Origin: Chloroflexota bacterium
Lineage (GTDB): Bacteria; Chloroflexota; Dehalococcoidia; Lucifugimonadales; UBA3495
DNA length: 64,000 bases
Direction of reading: 5' to 3'
NCBI GenBank assembly: GCA_027623675.1
Contig: JAQBVF010000004.1
Coordinates: 64,001-128,000, forward strand
The notes under the pieces are model-generated. The model was not told the origin of the DNA. It did no database searches and saw nothing but the letters and a program-made list of their open reading frames with translations. Made by a program: the position numbers and the translations under genes. This document shows, piece after piece, positions 24,030 to 33,928 of the stretch. Within the stretch, counting starts at the first letter, position 1, and each line of letters begins with the position of its first letter.

Positions 24030-26684
24030 ATGGTAACCATCTCGTTTGACAAACATACACTGTCCAACGGCCTGGACGTGATCCTCCACGAAGACCACAC
24101 GATTCCACTGATAGCGGTTAATGTTTGGTATCACGTGGGCTCAAAAGACGAAGAGGTTGGCCGCACGGGATTCGCCCACCTATTTGAGCATGTGATGTTC
24201 GAGGGCTCCAAGAACCACAACAGCAGCCACTTCGATCCACTGCAAAAAGCTGGCGCCAACCTGAACGGGTCCACCACGCCAGACCGCACCAACTACTGGG
24301 AGGATGTGCCCACCAATTATCTGGACCTGGCCCTCTGGCTGGAATCAGACCGCATGGGATTTCTGTTGGATGCCCTGGACCAGCAGCGCTTGGACATCCA
24401 ACGCGACGTGGTCAAGAACGAACGCCGCCAGTCCTACGAGAACCGGCCCTATGGTATGGCCCATGGCACGTTGCAAGAAGCCCTATACCCGAAACCCCAC
24501 CCCTATAACTGGATGACCATTGGGTCTCAGGAAGACCTGGACGCGGCAACCCTGGACGATATCAAGAACTTCTTCAAGCGGTTCTATTCTCCGACCAACG
24601 CCAGCCTGGCCATTGCCGGGGATATCGACCCCGGCCAGGTGTTGGAACTGGTCAACCACTACTTCGGCGACCTTCCTCCGGGCGAATCGGTGCCCCGCCG
24701 GGGACGCCATGACTCGTCCTTAAATGGCCGCATCGAATTGGAGATGCGGGACAAAGTCACCCTGCCCAGGTCATACGTCGCCTGGCCGACCCCTCCCGAA
24801 GGCGACCCCGATGACGCCGCATTGGATGTCTACCAGGCAATCATGTCCGACGGGTTGACCTCCCGCCTGCACCGGTCGTTGGTCTATGAGAAACAGATCG
24901 CCCAGAGCGCGTTCGTTCGGTATCATTCCTCCGAGATCGCCGGTCAGTGCGTCCTCCAACTCACTGCTGCCGAAGGCCATGAATTAGCTGAGGTGGAAGC
25001 AGCCGCCGACGCCGAGATGGCCCGCCTGCTCCGCGAACCGCCCACCGATGAAGAGATAACCAGAGTCAAGAACCGGATCGAAGCCAGCCATTTTCGACAG
25101 CTAGCCCGCATCGGCGGCTTCGGCGGAATCGCCGACCAACTGAACCATTTCAGTGTCATGTTCAACAACCCCGACCTGATCAACACCAGTCTGGACAAGT
25201 ACATGGCGGTGACCCGCGAAGACGTCATCCGAGTAGCCCAGACCCACTTGGGCGACAACCAGGTGCGCCTGCGCGTTCTGCCCGAGCCGACCCTGTCATC
25301 GTCTGCATCCACTGTTGACCGGACCATCATGCCTTCGCCCAAGAGCGAGCCGGTCTTCACGCCGCCGACGCCGACGCGAACCAGGCTTTCCAATGGCATG
25401 GGCATCTCGGTGGTCGAACAGCGCGGCCTGCCGATCGTGGCCTTTGGTTTGCTGATGGACGCAGGGGCATCCAGAGATCCCGAAAAACTACCCGGACTCG
25501 CCGGGTTCACCGCCCAGATGCTGCCCGAGGGCACCAAAGCCAAGTCCAGCATGGAGATTGCCCAAGCCTTTGAGTTCATCGGGTCCCGGCTGTCAACCGA
25601 CGGACGCCGGGAGTACACCCTGCTCTCAGCCGAGACCCTAACCAAGCACTGGCCCACGGCCCTGGAACTGACCGCCGACCTGGCGCTCAACCCCAGCTTT
25701 CCTGACCACGAGATTGAGCGGGTCCGCCGCGAGCATCTGACTGATCTCCGGCGGGGCAAAGACGAGCCTAACGCCGTTGCCGAGCAGTTGATGGCAAGCC
25801 TGGTCTTCAAACGTGGTTCGGGCTATGGCCACCCGCTGGCGGGGACCGAAACATCCATCGGCACACTGACCCGCGATGACCTGGTCCACCAGTTCACCCG
25901 CGACTACAGGCCGGACTCCGCCAACCTGATCGTGGTGGGTGACATCACCGTCGACGAGGTGGTGAAACGCGCGGAGGCTGTGTTCGGCGGCTGGAAGAGC
26001 GGCAACGCCTCGGCCAATGGACGCACGGCCGCTGAGCCGCTCAACGGCGCCGCCACCCTCTATCTGGTTGACCGGCCCGGAGCGCCCCAATCGGTGATCC
26101 GCACTCTTCACACCACCATTCCGCGGAGCCACCCGGACTACCTGGGGCTAACCCTGATGAACTACGCCTTCGGCGGGCAATTCTCCGCCCGGCTGAACCA
26201 GAACCTACGGCAGGACAAGGGCTACAGCTACGGTTATCAGTCCAACATCCAGTGGTTCCGTGGTCCGTCCCTGATGCTGGCCGGTGGTTCGGTGCAGACG
26301 GAGGTCACCAAGGAATCGGTCTTTGAAACGCTGAAGGAGTTCAACGAGGTCCGCGGCTCCCGGCCCATCACCCAGGAGGAGTTGGATAACTCCAAGGCTG
26401 GGATATTGAGGAGCTTCCCGGCCAACTTCGAGCGCCCCGGGGCCGTCATGGGCCAGATCTTGCAGATGGTCCAGTTTGACCTTCCCGATGACTACCTGCA
26501 AAACGTCAGGGGCAATATGGAGGCCATCACCCTGGACGAGGTGCACCGCATCACCCAGGAGTTGGTCCGGCCCGACGAGCTAAAGATACTGGTGGTGGGG
26601 GACAGGCAGCAGATCGAGACCGGACTTCGGGAATTGGACCTACCCACCGTGATCCTGGACGTGGACGGTGTCGAGACGACCTGA
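24030..26684 (+). CDS. M16 (pitrilysin) family zinc peptidase, fused two-module type
   Basis: GFAHLFEHVMF (HxxEH), NGSTT.DRTNY, V.NERR. The second module starts at RLSNGM and lacks HxxEH. Confidence 0.94.
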   Translation: MVTISFDKHTLSNGLDVILHEDHTIPLIAVNVWYHVGSKDEEVGRTGFAHLFEHVMFEGSKNHNSSHFDPLQKAGANLNGSTTPDRTNYWEDVPTNYLDLALWLESDRMGFLLDALDQQRLDIQRDVVKNERRQSYENRPYGMAHGTLQEALYPKPHPYNWMTIGSQEDLDAATLDDIKNFFKRFYSPTNASLAIAGDIDPGQVLELVNHYFGDLPPGESVPRRGRHDSSLNGRIELEMRDKVTLPRSYVAWPTPPEGDPDDAALDVYQAIMSDGLTSRLHRSLVYEKQIAQSAFVRYHSSEIAGQCVLQLTAAEGHELAEVEAAADAEMARLLREPPTDEEITRVKNRIEASHFRQLARIGGFGGIADQLNHFSVMFNNPDLINTSLDKYMAVTREDVIRVAQTHLGDNQVRLRVLPEPTLSSSASTVDRTIMPSPKSEPVFTPPTPTRTRLSNGMGISVVEQRGLPIVAFGLLMDAGASRDPEKLPGLAGFTAQMLPEGTKAKSSMEIAQAFEFIGSRLSTDGRREYTLLSAETLTKHWPTALELTADLALNPSFPDHEIERVRREHLTDLRRGKDEPNAVAEQLMASLVFKRGSGYGHPLAGTETSIGTLTRDDLVHQFTRDYRPDSANLIVVGDITVDEVVKRAEAVFGGWKSGNASANGRTAAEPLNGAATLYLVDRPGAPQSVIRTLHTTIPRSHPDYLGLTLMNYAFGGQFSARLNQNLRQDKGYSYGYQSNIQWFRGPSLMLAGGSVQTEVTKESVFETLKEFNEVRGSRPITQEELDNSKAGILRSFPANFERPGAVMGQILQMVQFDLPDDYLQNVRGNMEAITLDEVHRITQELVRPDELKILVVGDRQQIETGLRELDLPTVILDVDGVETT

Positions 26685-26699
26685 TCCCCTGGACCATGC

Positions 26700-26738
26700 A
26701 AACAAAAAGGCCCGCCGTTGTGGCGGGCCTTTTTGTTT
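26700..26738. terminator. Bidirectional intrinsic terminator
   Basis: AAACAAAAAGGCCCGCC-GTTGT-GGCGGGCCTTTTTGTTT between convergent genes. Confidence 0.88.
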
Positions 26739-26766
26739 CAAGACCTGGTTTGCTCAAGACCGGGTT

Positions 26767-27936
26767 CTACCGCTGGGGCCGCTCTCCCAGGGTCAAGGTC
26801 AAGGTCTTACGGGTGCCCGTTCCGTTGGCCGTTCTGAAAACCTCTACCTCCAGTTCCTGACCGGCGCTGAATTCGGTCTTCAACAAGCGGGTCAGGTCGG
26901 ACACCGTTGCCACGTCAAACCCTCCGATGTTCACCACTATGTCGCCTGGTTGGATTCCGGCTTTGTCCGAGGGGCCGTCAATCACCGTGGTCTGGATAAT
27001 CACGCCTTGGCGGATGGGCAGCCCAACCTCCGCCGCGATCTCGGGCACCAGGTCGGCCAGGAAAACCCCCATCCACGCCCACCGGACATGCCCCAACTCG
27101 ATGAGCTGCTCCGAGACTTGGAGCGCGGTCCCGATATCGATGGCGAAGCCGATGCCTTCAACCACCACGCTCCCGCCACCCTGTCCCGTTCCCCGCAGCA
27201 CGGCGGTGTTGATCCCCACCAGGTTCCCGCCTAGGTCGATCAAAGGCCCGCCGCTGTTGCCAGGGTTGATGGAGGTGTCCGTCTGGATAAGATCGTAGAG
27301 GGTCACGCCCGGGGACGATTCGATCGACCTGCCCAAGGCCGAAACAACGCCAACCGTGACGGTGGGTCCACCTGGCAAGGCCAGGGCGTTTCCGATGGCT
27401 ATAACCCAGTCGCCGGCGCGCAGGCCGCCGTTCTCTCGCACAGGCATCGCGGGATATTTGTCTCCCGGCAAACGCAGGACAGCCAGGTCCGACAAGCGGT
27501 CGGCGCCCACGATCTCTGCCACCTCTTGGCTGCCGTCGTCCATGGTTACGGTGATCTTCACGGCATCTTCGATCACATGGTTGTTCGTCAACACCAAGCC
27601 CGACTCGTCAAAGATGACGCCGGTCCCGCTGCCGAAGCCTTTTTGCTGCCGCCCGAACCGGTCCTGGGTCACGATCTCGGCAACAACTGAGACCACCGAC
27701 GGCCTGACCCGCTCCACCGTATCGGCTATGTTGGGCAACCGCAGCGAGTCCATCTCGGCTGTTGTGCCTGAGACCGGCGCCGTTGTTGCCGCGGTTGAGC
27801 CAACCGGCGTTGCATTTGCGTCGGCATCGCCGCCGGCGCAGGCAACCACGGTCAATACAGCCAGCATCGCCAAAGCGAGGAACGCCCGGCCCGGCTTCAG
27901 CATCATTGACCTGATCGTGTAACTAAGACCACTCAT
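26767..27936 (-). CDS. htrA: HtrA/DegP-like serine protease with one PDZ domain, possible lipoprotein
   Basis: TNNHV, SDLAVL and INPGNSGGPL triad motifs, C-terminal PDZ, hydrophobic N-terminus ending VVAC. Confidence 0.9.
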   Translation of the reverse strand: MSGLSYTIRSMMLKPGRAFLALAMLAVLTVVACAGGDADANATPVGSTAATTAPVSGTTAEMDSLRLPNIADTVERVRPSVVSVVAEIVTQDRFGRQQKGFGSGTGVIFDESGLVLTNNHVIEDAVKITVTMDDGSQEVAEIVGADRLSDLAVLRLPGDKYPAMPVRENGGLRAGDWVIAIGNALALPGGPTVTVGVVSALGRSIESSPGVTLYDLIQTDTSINPGNSGGPLIDLGGNLVGINTAVLRGTGQGGGSVVVEGIGFAIDIGTALQVSEQLIELGHVRWAWMGVFLADLVPEIAAEVGLPIRQGVIIQTTVIDGPSDKAGIQPGDIVVNIGGFDVATVSDLTRLLKTEFSAGQELEVEVFRTANGTGTRKTLTLTLGERPQR

Positions 27937-27960
27937 CAAAATTCCCTTAAGTCCAAATCC

Positions 27961-28692
27961 CTAAAACCCCTTGGCCGCCTCGCGCTGGATCCGAAATAGG
28001 GGTTCCATACCCCGCGACGCCAAAGACAGCACCTCTTCCACTTTGTGGCGCGGGAACGGCTGGGCCTCCGTGGCCCCCTGAATCTCAACCAGTCCTCCCC
28101 GAGAGGTGAGCACCACGTTGAAATCCACGTCGGCGGCGAAGTCTTCTTCATAGCAAAGGTCGAGCAGCAGTTGACCGTCCAGAATACCCACGCTGATCGC
28201 CGCCACGGGACACAGGAGCGGCAATCTGGTCAACACCCGGTTCTTGACCAGCATTGCCAACGCCTGGTGCAGGGCCACGTAGGCCCCGGTGATGGCGGCG
28301 GTCCTGGTGCCGGCGTCAGCTTGGATCACGTCGCAGTCGATCTGCACGGTGCGCTCGCCCAGTGCGTTAAGGTCGGTGACCGCTCGCAGGGAACGCCCGA
28401 TGAGCCGCTGAATCTCTTGCGAACGCCCGCTGGGTTTGCCGTCGTCCCGTTCGCGAGACGTCCGGGTGTTGGTGGACCGGGGGAGCATGGAGTACTCCGC
28501 CGTAACCCAGCCCTTGCCCTGGCCCCGCAGGAATCCGGGAACGCGCTCTTCCAGCGACGCCGCGCAGAGCACCTTGGTGGCGCCCATCTCGATCAATGCC
28601 GAACCCTCGGCGTATTTCTGATAACCGGGCGTGATGATCGTGGGGCGGTGTTCGTCCCAGGCGCGTCCGTCCGGTCTGGAATGATTAGCCAA
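27961..28692 (-). CDS. rph: Ribonuclease PH
   Basis: RPDGR, AEGSAL, GWVTAEYSMLPRST..R..RE, GRSQEIQRLIGRSLR, DCDVIQADAGTRTA, LDLCYEED, EIQG..E. TTG start assumed. Confidence 0.95.
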   Translation of the reverse strand: MANHSRPDGRAWDEHRPTIITPGYQKYAEGSALIEMGATKVLCAASLEERVPGFLRGQGKGWVTAEYSMLPRSTNTRTSRERDDGKPSGRSQEIQRLIGRSLRAVTDLNALGERTVQIDCDVIQADAGTRTAAITGAYVALHQALAMLVKNRVLTRLPLLCPVAAISVGILDGQLLLDLCYEEDFAADVDFNVVLTSRGGLVEIQGATEAQPFPRHKVEEVLSLASRGMEPLFRIQREAAKGF

Positions 28693-28829
28693 TCGTCGAC
28701 AAAACCTCTCGCGTGATTCTAGACACGGCCATATTACGGCCATCTTTTGCTTATCTTGGTGAAGGCCCTAGGGGAGTCTAGTAGTCAAAAACCAAGTATA
28801 CATCAGCACTTGTTCATCAAACTCAAAGC

Positions 28830-31247
28830 TCACCGTTCCGTGTTCACCCATAATTCCGCGCCGTCGGTCACAAACTCCACATCGCCCATCAGGTCGGTGC
28901 GGTAGACGTTTTGGGCGCCGGTCTGCTTCTCAAGCCGCTCCATCACCGCAGGGCTGGGGTGGCCGTAGGAGTTGTCTCCGCCCACCGACACCAATACCGC
29001 CGTGGGATTGACTCCGCTGATGAACCCGGCGGTGGAGGATGTATTGCTGCCGTGGTGGGCGGCTTTCAGGACCGTGCTCTCTAGGCCAGCGTCTCCCGAC
29101 ACCAACACTGATTCCGTCTCCGCTTCGATGTCCGCCGTCAGCAGAAAGCTGATTGAACCGTAGGTAACCCTCAGCACCACGGAGCCGTTATTGCCGGAAT
29201 CACTGAACGATGGGCCGGGGCCGGGATGCAATACCTCCACCGTGACGCCCGAGCCCAGGTCTACCTGATAGCCTCGGCTGACCGGCACGACCTTCACCTG
29301 GTTGCGCTCTACTCCAGCCTGCCACTGGGCGTACATGGCTGGGCCAGGTGATGCCACTCCGGTCAGCGCCGCACCCACCTCGTAATCGTCGAGCACCTTG
29401 ATCAGACCCCGGCTGTGGTCCGCGTCCAGGTGGGTCATCACCACCAGGTCCAGACTGCGGTCGTTGCTGGGCATCACGTCGCTCAGGGCACTTAGGGCGC
29501 TATCCGTCGCCGGGCCTCCGTCGACCAGCACCTGGCGTCCTTCAGGGGTGACTATCAACGTGCTGTCGCCTTGGCCTACGTCCAGGAAATATACGTGCAG
29601 GTTTCCGTCGCCGCTGGACCCGACCTGCCACCAGATCATCGCGGCTCCCACGGCCACCACCACGGCGCTGAACATGACCGGCATGGCCCCGATTAAGCTG
29701 GCGCTGGTTTGCCGAGACCTCGACTGGGCTTTCCACTGGCCGAGACGCTCCCACAATAACCTGGTGCGCCGTGGGCTCATCAGAAGCAAAAGTCCAGCCA
29801 ACGCTGAATACCAGACGATCACCAGCCAGCCGCCGGCCCATCCGGTCTGCACGGTCGAGCCGGGAGCCGCTTCGACCAACCCGATGAGATAGCTGATGGG
29901 CGCCCAGGCCAGCCAGCCGGCCCATTGGCCCAGGACCACGCTGAACATCCCAAGCACCGCCGCCACCAGCGTGCCAACCATGATGAACGGCATGGCCGGG
30001 AGCGCCAGCACAGTGACGATCACCCCAAGCAGGGCCACCTCCTGGAAATTGAACGCCACCAGCGGCCAGGTTGCCAACGCCGCGGCTAAAGAGATCATCA
30101 GGGCTAAGCCGATGGGGCGGAGCGGTTTTAACACCCATGGCTGGTTCGGGGTCTCCGGCCTTGGCCATTCGGGTATAACCGTCTGCGCCAGCGAGATTCC
30201 ACCCACGGCTGCGAAGCTAAGCTGGAAGGACACCCGCTGCACGATCTCCGGTGAGATGGCGCTCATCGCCGCCGCGCTGAACGCCAATGCCGGCAGGATG
30301 CTGCCCGGACGCCCCAATGCCATCGCCGCCAGATAAACGCTGCCCATGATTGCCGCCCGCACCACCGAGGGCGGCAATCCCGATACCAATGCGTAAGCCC
30401 AAACGGCGATGAACGGCACGATCAGAAAATATTGGCCGCGCCGTCCAAATAACCAGGACGCGGCGGCAACGAACATGACCACCAGAACGCCGACATGCAG
30501 TCCCGATATTGCCAGCAGATGGGACGTGCCGGTGCTGCGGAAGTCCTGGACCAACTCGGGCGGCAGACGGCTCCGCTGGCCCAGGAGCATCGCCTGTCCC
30601 AGGGCCGACTGGGGATAGGGCAAAACGTCTTCGATGCTTTCTGACAACCGGCCACGCAGCGAATAGGGCCATGCCCGCCAACCGCCGTCCTCTCCTGTCA
30701 CCACTGCTGAATCGGCAAAAACGATGCCGCTTATGCCCTGGTTAGCCAGGTACGCCGGATAGTCGAAACCGCCAAATGGCTTGGGCTGGTCCAGCCGCCC
30801 GGAAACGGAAACCAGGTCGCCGTAGTCGAAGTAGGGTGGCGGTCTACTTGAAACGAGGTCATCGGGAGGATCGGCCCACACCAGCACCTTGCTCTCGGCC
30901 GGCACCGGTCCGTCTCCCAGGTCCGCCGCCCGCACGTCCAGCGTGAATCCGACTCTGGCGCCGGATAGCTCCGGGTCGCTGACGATGCGCCCTTTCAGAG
31001 ACACGCTGGCCGTTCCCTGAGCGGTCAATCCCGGCAACGGGCCTGAAACGGAGTCGGCCCGCCACACGCCCACCAACAAAATCGCCGCCAAAATCGCGGG
31101 AAAGGACGAAAGGCCGCGGAGGCGCAGGGCCAGGCCCATGCAGACAGAACCGCCAAGGAGCAGCAGCAAGGGTGTAAGCGGGGCACTGGTTTCCAGTCCA
31201 ACCAGGACGCCAAGCAGCCATGCCGCTGCCATGAAAGCCAGCTTCAT
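28830..31247 (-). CDS. comEC: DNA uptake channel ComEC/Rec2
   Basis: FDY..YL, GTSHLLAISGLHVG, SVVRAAIM, SFQLSF, and an MBL domain (DVGQGD, THLDADH, HHGS, YGHP). Confidence 0.95.
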   Translation of the reverse strand: MKLAFMAAAWLLGVLVGLETSAPLTPLLLLLGGSVCMGLALRLRGLSSFPAILAAILLVGVWRADSVSGPLPGLTAQGTASVSLKGRIVSDPELSGARVGFTLDVRAADLGDGPVPAESKVLVWADPPDDLVSSRPPPYFDYGDLVSVSGRLDQPKPFGGFDYPAYLANQGISGIVFADSAVVTGEDGGWRAWPYSLRGRLSESIEDVLPYPQSALGQAMLLGQRSRLPPELVQDFRSTGTSHLLAISGLHVGVLVVMFVAAASWLFGRRGQYFLIVPFIAVWAYALVSGLPPSVVRAAIMGSVYLAAMALGRPGSILPALAFSAAAMSAISPEIVQRVSFQLSFAAVGGISLAQTVIPEWPRPETPNQPWVLKPLRPIGLALMISLAAALATWPLVAFNFQEVALLGVIVTVLALPAMPFIMVGTLVAAVLGMFSVVLGQWAGWLAWAPISYLIGLVEAAPGSTVQTGWAGGWLVIVWYSALAGLLLLMSPRRTRLLWERLGQWKAQSRSRQTSASLIGAMPVMFSAVVVAVGAAMIWWQVGSSGDGNLHVYFLDVGQGDSTLIVTPEGRQVLVDGGPATDSALSALSDVMPSNDRSLDLVVMTHLDADHSRGLIKVLDDYEVGAALTGVASPGPAMYAQWQAGVERNQVKVVPVSRGYQVDLGSGVTVEVLHPGPGPSFSDSGNNGSVVLRVTYGSISFLLTADIEAETESVLVSGDAGLESTVLKAAHHGSNTSSTAGFISGVNPTAVLVSVGGDNSYGHPSPAVMERLEKQTGAQNVYRTDLMGDVEFVTDGAELWVNTER

Positions 31248-31302
31248 GGGCGTTGAAGATGCGAGTGGATTGAGGCTGCTGCGCCAACCGGTCGGACGGC
31301 GC

Positions 31303-31932
31303 TCACCGAAGGCCTGACACCGTGACCAAGTCCCGGATGTTCTGGTAGGTCACCGGGCCGATCTTGGGAACTTCCTGGACCTCGGCGACGGACTGAAAAG
31401 GGCGGATATTCTCCCTGTAGGAAATTATGGCCGCCGCCAACGCCGGTCCGATGCCCGGGAGGGTGTCCAGCAGGGCGGCGGACGCCAGGTTCAGGTCGAT
31501 CAGGCCGCCGGTCTGACCCTGCGTTTGGGCCGGCGGCAGGTTGGCGATGGGAGGAGGGGCTTCACCGATCTTGGCGATGTAATATTCGGTCTGGTCTACC
31601 ACCCGCAGCGCCAGATTGATGCCGTCCAGATTGGCGTCTTCGGCGGGGCCGCCTGCCGCAGTCAGGGCGTCGGCGATCCGGCTGTCGGGTGGAAGGGTGT
31701 AGACCCCGGGCCGTACCACGGCCCCGTTCACGTACACCCTGACATCAGTAAGCGGAGGCGCACTGGGGGGGAACGGAGCGGCCTGGCCGCTGGCGCCAGA
31801 CTGTGGCGCGATTACCCGGACCGGCGCATTGTCGTCTTGGCGGGCCAGCAAGACCACCGCGCCCAACACCGCGGCCACGGCAGCGGCCACCAACAACATG
31901 AAAGCGATGTTCCGGGCGGTGAGCTCCGGCAT
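31303..31932 (-). CDS. comEA: ComEA family DNA receptor
   Basis: N-terminal TM, SLBB domain (V.GAV..PGVY.L...SRI.DA..AAGG) and HhH domain (LDTLPGIGPALA..II.YR). Confidence 0.93.
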   Translation of the reverse strand: MPELTARNIAFMLLVAAAVAAVLGAVVLLARQDDNAPVRVIAPQSGASGQAAPFPPSAPPLTDVRVYVNGAVVRPGVYTLPPDSRIADALTAAGGPAEDANLDGINLALRVVDQTEYYIAKIGEAPPPIANLPPAQTQGQTGGLIDLNLASAALLDTLPGIGPALAAAIISYRENIRPFQSVAEVQEVPKIGPVTYQNIRDLVTVSGLR

Positions 31933-32068
31933 GCCCTTCCCCAGCCTGTATCTCGCGTTTGGCGTCTAGCGGGCCTGGAAGCGTCGCAGTCTCGGGGCTC
32001 CAGGTTGTACTAGCTGTGGCTGTCCGATTATAATTCAGCGCACAATCCAATTAAAGGGGGGTCTCCCT

Positions 32069-33034
32069 GTGGCCAAGAACAAGCCATCCGTCAACGGCAA
32101 TCAACAACTGCACGCCTTTTTCCAGGGCGCTGTGGTACCGATGGATGAGGCCAAGGTGAGCGTAACCACCCACGCGCTGCATTATGGCACCGCCGTATTC
32201 GAGGGCATCCGGGGCAACTGGAATGAAGAACAGGGCAAGATGTTCATCTTCCGCATGCGCGAGCACTACGAGCGCCTGATTCGCGGCTGCAAGATACTCC
32301 TGCTGGATATTCCCTATACCGCCCAACAGCTTTGTGACATAACCGTGGACCTAGTCGAGCGCAATGGGCACCAGACGGACATATATATCCGGCCTTTGGC
32401 CTACAAGAGCGCCGAAGTGGTGGCCAACCTGAAGTTGCAGGAACTCGCCAGCGACTTTACTCTGGTCACCGTGCCCTTCGGAAACTACCTGGGCACCGAC
32501 ATCCTCAAGTGCTGCACATCGTCTTGGCGGCGGGTCGACGACAACATGATTCCGACCCAGATCAAGAGCGCCGGCATCTACGTGAACAGCATGCTGGCCA
32601 AGACCGAAGCCACCCTGGCCGGGTTCGACGAAGCAATCATCTTGAACCAAGACGGCCACGTTTCGGAAGGCTCCGGCGAGAACGTGTTCATGGTCGCCGG
32701 AGGCAAGCTGCACACGCCCAGCCTGGAGGACAACGCTCTGCCGGGTATCACCAGAGAGACCGTCCTCCAATTGGCCCAGGCTGAATTGGGTCTCGAGGTC
32801 GTGGAGCGCAGCATCGACCGCAGCGAACTCTATCTGTGCGACGAGGTTTTCCTCAGCGGCACGGCCGCCCACCTAACTCCGGTGGTTGAGCTGGACCGCC
32901 GCCTGATCGCCGACGGGGAGCCTGGTCCGGTATCGATGGCGCTACAGAAGCTATACTTCGACATCGTGGTGGGCCGGAATCCCAAGTATCTTCATTGGTG
33001 CACATCGGTGACCCCTCGAGTGGTGACTGTTTAG
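32069..33034 (+). CDS. ilvE: Branched-chain amino acid aminotransferase
   Basis: HALHYGTAVFEGIR, YIRP, K..G.YVNS, EGSGENVF, LPGITR, GTAA. Confidence 0.94.
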   Translation: MAKNKPSVNGNQQLHAFFQGAVVPMDEAKVSVTTHALHYGTAVFEGIRGNWNEEQGKMFIFRMREHYERLIRGCKILLLDIPYTAQQLCDITVDLVERNGHQTDIYIRPLAYKSAEVVANLKLQELASDFTLVTVPFGNYLGTDILKCCTSSWRRVDDNMIPTQIKSAGIYVNSMLAKTEATLAGFDEAIILNQDGHVSEGSGENVFMVAGGKLHTPSLEDNALPGITRETVLQLAQAELGLEVVERSIDRSELYLCDEVFLSGTAAHLTPVVELDRRLIADGEPGPVSMALQKLYFDIVVGRNPKYLHWCTSVTPRVVTV

Positions 33035-33072
33035 AGAGCAGGCTAGGCGCCCCGTAATCAAGTACACGACCG

Positions 33073-33102
33073 AACGGACGCCCTGATTAGGGCGTCCGTT
33101 TT
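33073..33102 (+). terminator. Intrinsic terminator
   Basis: AACGGACGCCCT-GATT-AGGGCGTCCGTT followed by TT. Confidence 0.75.
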
Positions 33103-33139
33103 AATTTCGGCAATTCCTCCAATATAGGAGCGTTTTAGG

Positions 33140-33769
33140 TTGGTCTGGATCGGTCTGGGGTTACTGTCTTACGCCATCGGCAGCCTGCCAACTGCCTATC
33201 TGTTCACGCGCTATCTGCTGGGCCGCGACATTCGCCAGATGGGCGATTTCAACGCGGGCGCGGCCAACGTCTTTCGGAACGTGGGGGCCAAGGCCGGGAT
33301 GGCGGTGGGGGTCATCGACATCCTGAAGGGAGCTTTGGTGATCGTTCTGGCCAAGCTGCTGGTGGACGACACCGGCATGGAGATGATGGCGGGAGGGGCG
33401 GTCTTGGCGGGCCACAACTTCCCGGCCCACCTGCGTTTTCGGGGCGGGCGCGGTGCGGCCACCGCCGTGGGAGTGCTGATCTCCTCGCTGCCGCTGATCG
33501 GACTGCCGGTGGGCGCGTTTTGTCTGACGCTGCTCTACTTCACCAAGAAGGCGATCTATCCGCTGGCCGTGTTCCTGATCGCCATACCCGTTCTCGCTTG
33601 GCCGGCCGGCTACTCGGTCTCGTTGTCCGTCTACGCCGTTGCCGTGCCCATATCCATCGGCCTGAGCCACTTCTACTCCACTCGCATACGGAACCGAGGC
33701 ATTGCCACGGGGTCCACAGACTCTGGAGGTTTCACCGAGACCGGCGATTCCCCAGTCCTTGATGAATAA
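33140..33769 (+). CDS. plsY: Glycerol-3-phosphate acyltransferase PlsY family
   Basis: YAIGSLP, DIR..G..NAGAANV.R, DILKG, GHNFP..L.FRGGRGAAT. Confidence 0.88.
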   Translation: MVWIGLGLLSYAIGSLPTAYLFTRYLLGRDIRQMGDFNAGAANVFRNVGAKAGMAVGVIDILKGALVIVLAKLLVDDTGMEMMAGGAVLAGHNFPAHLRFRGGRGAATAVGVLISSLPLIGLPVGAFCLTLLYFTKKAIYPLAVFLIAIPVLAWPAGYSVSLSVYAVAVPISIGLSHFYSTRIRNRGIATGSTDSGGFTETGDSPVLDE

Positions 33770-33928
33770 AGCTCAGGATCGGCTGGTACGGTGGCTGCCT
33801 GGGTCTTGGCGGACGGCCGGGTTTCTGATTCTGGCGTAGGGGCGATCAGGTAGAAGACGCTTTAGTCATGCCCGACCTGGTCCAGACCGTCCAGCGCTGA
33901 AGCGACGCAAATCGGTTATGAGAACAGG

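Noticed and set aside
19141..31932. Other TGA-terminated genes (cobT, cobS, M16 peptidase, comEC, comEA) as Sec candidates
   Set aside because: The proteins are full length at the TGA, there is no Cys-equivalent context, and the stops are followed by overlapping starts, a terminator or intergenic DNA.
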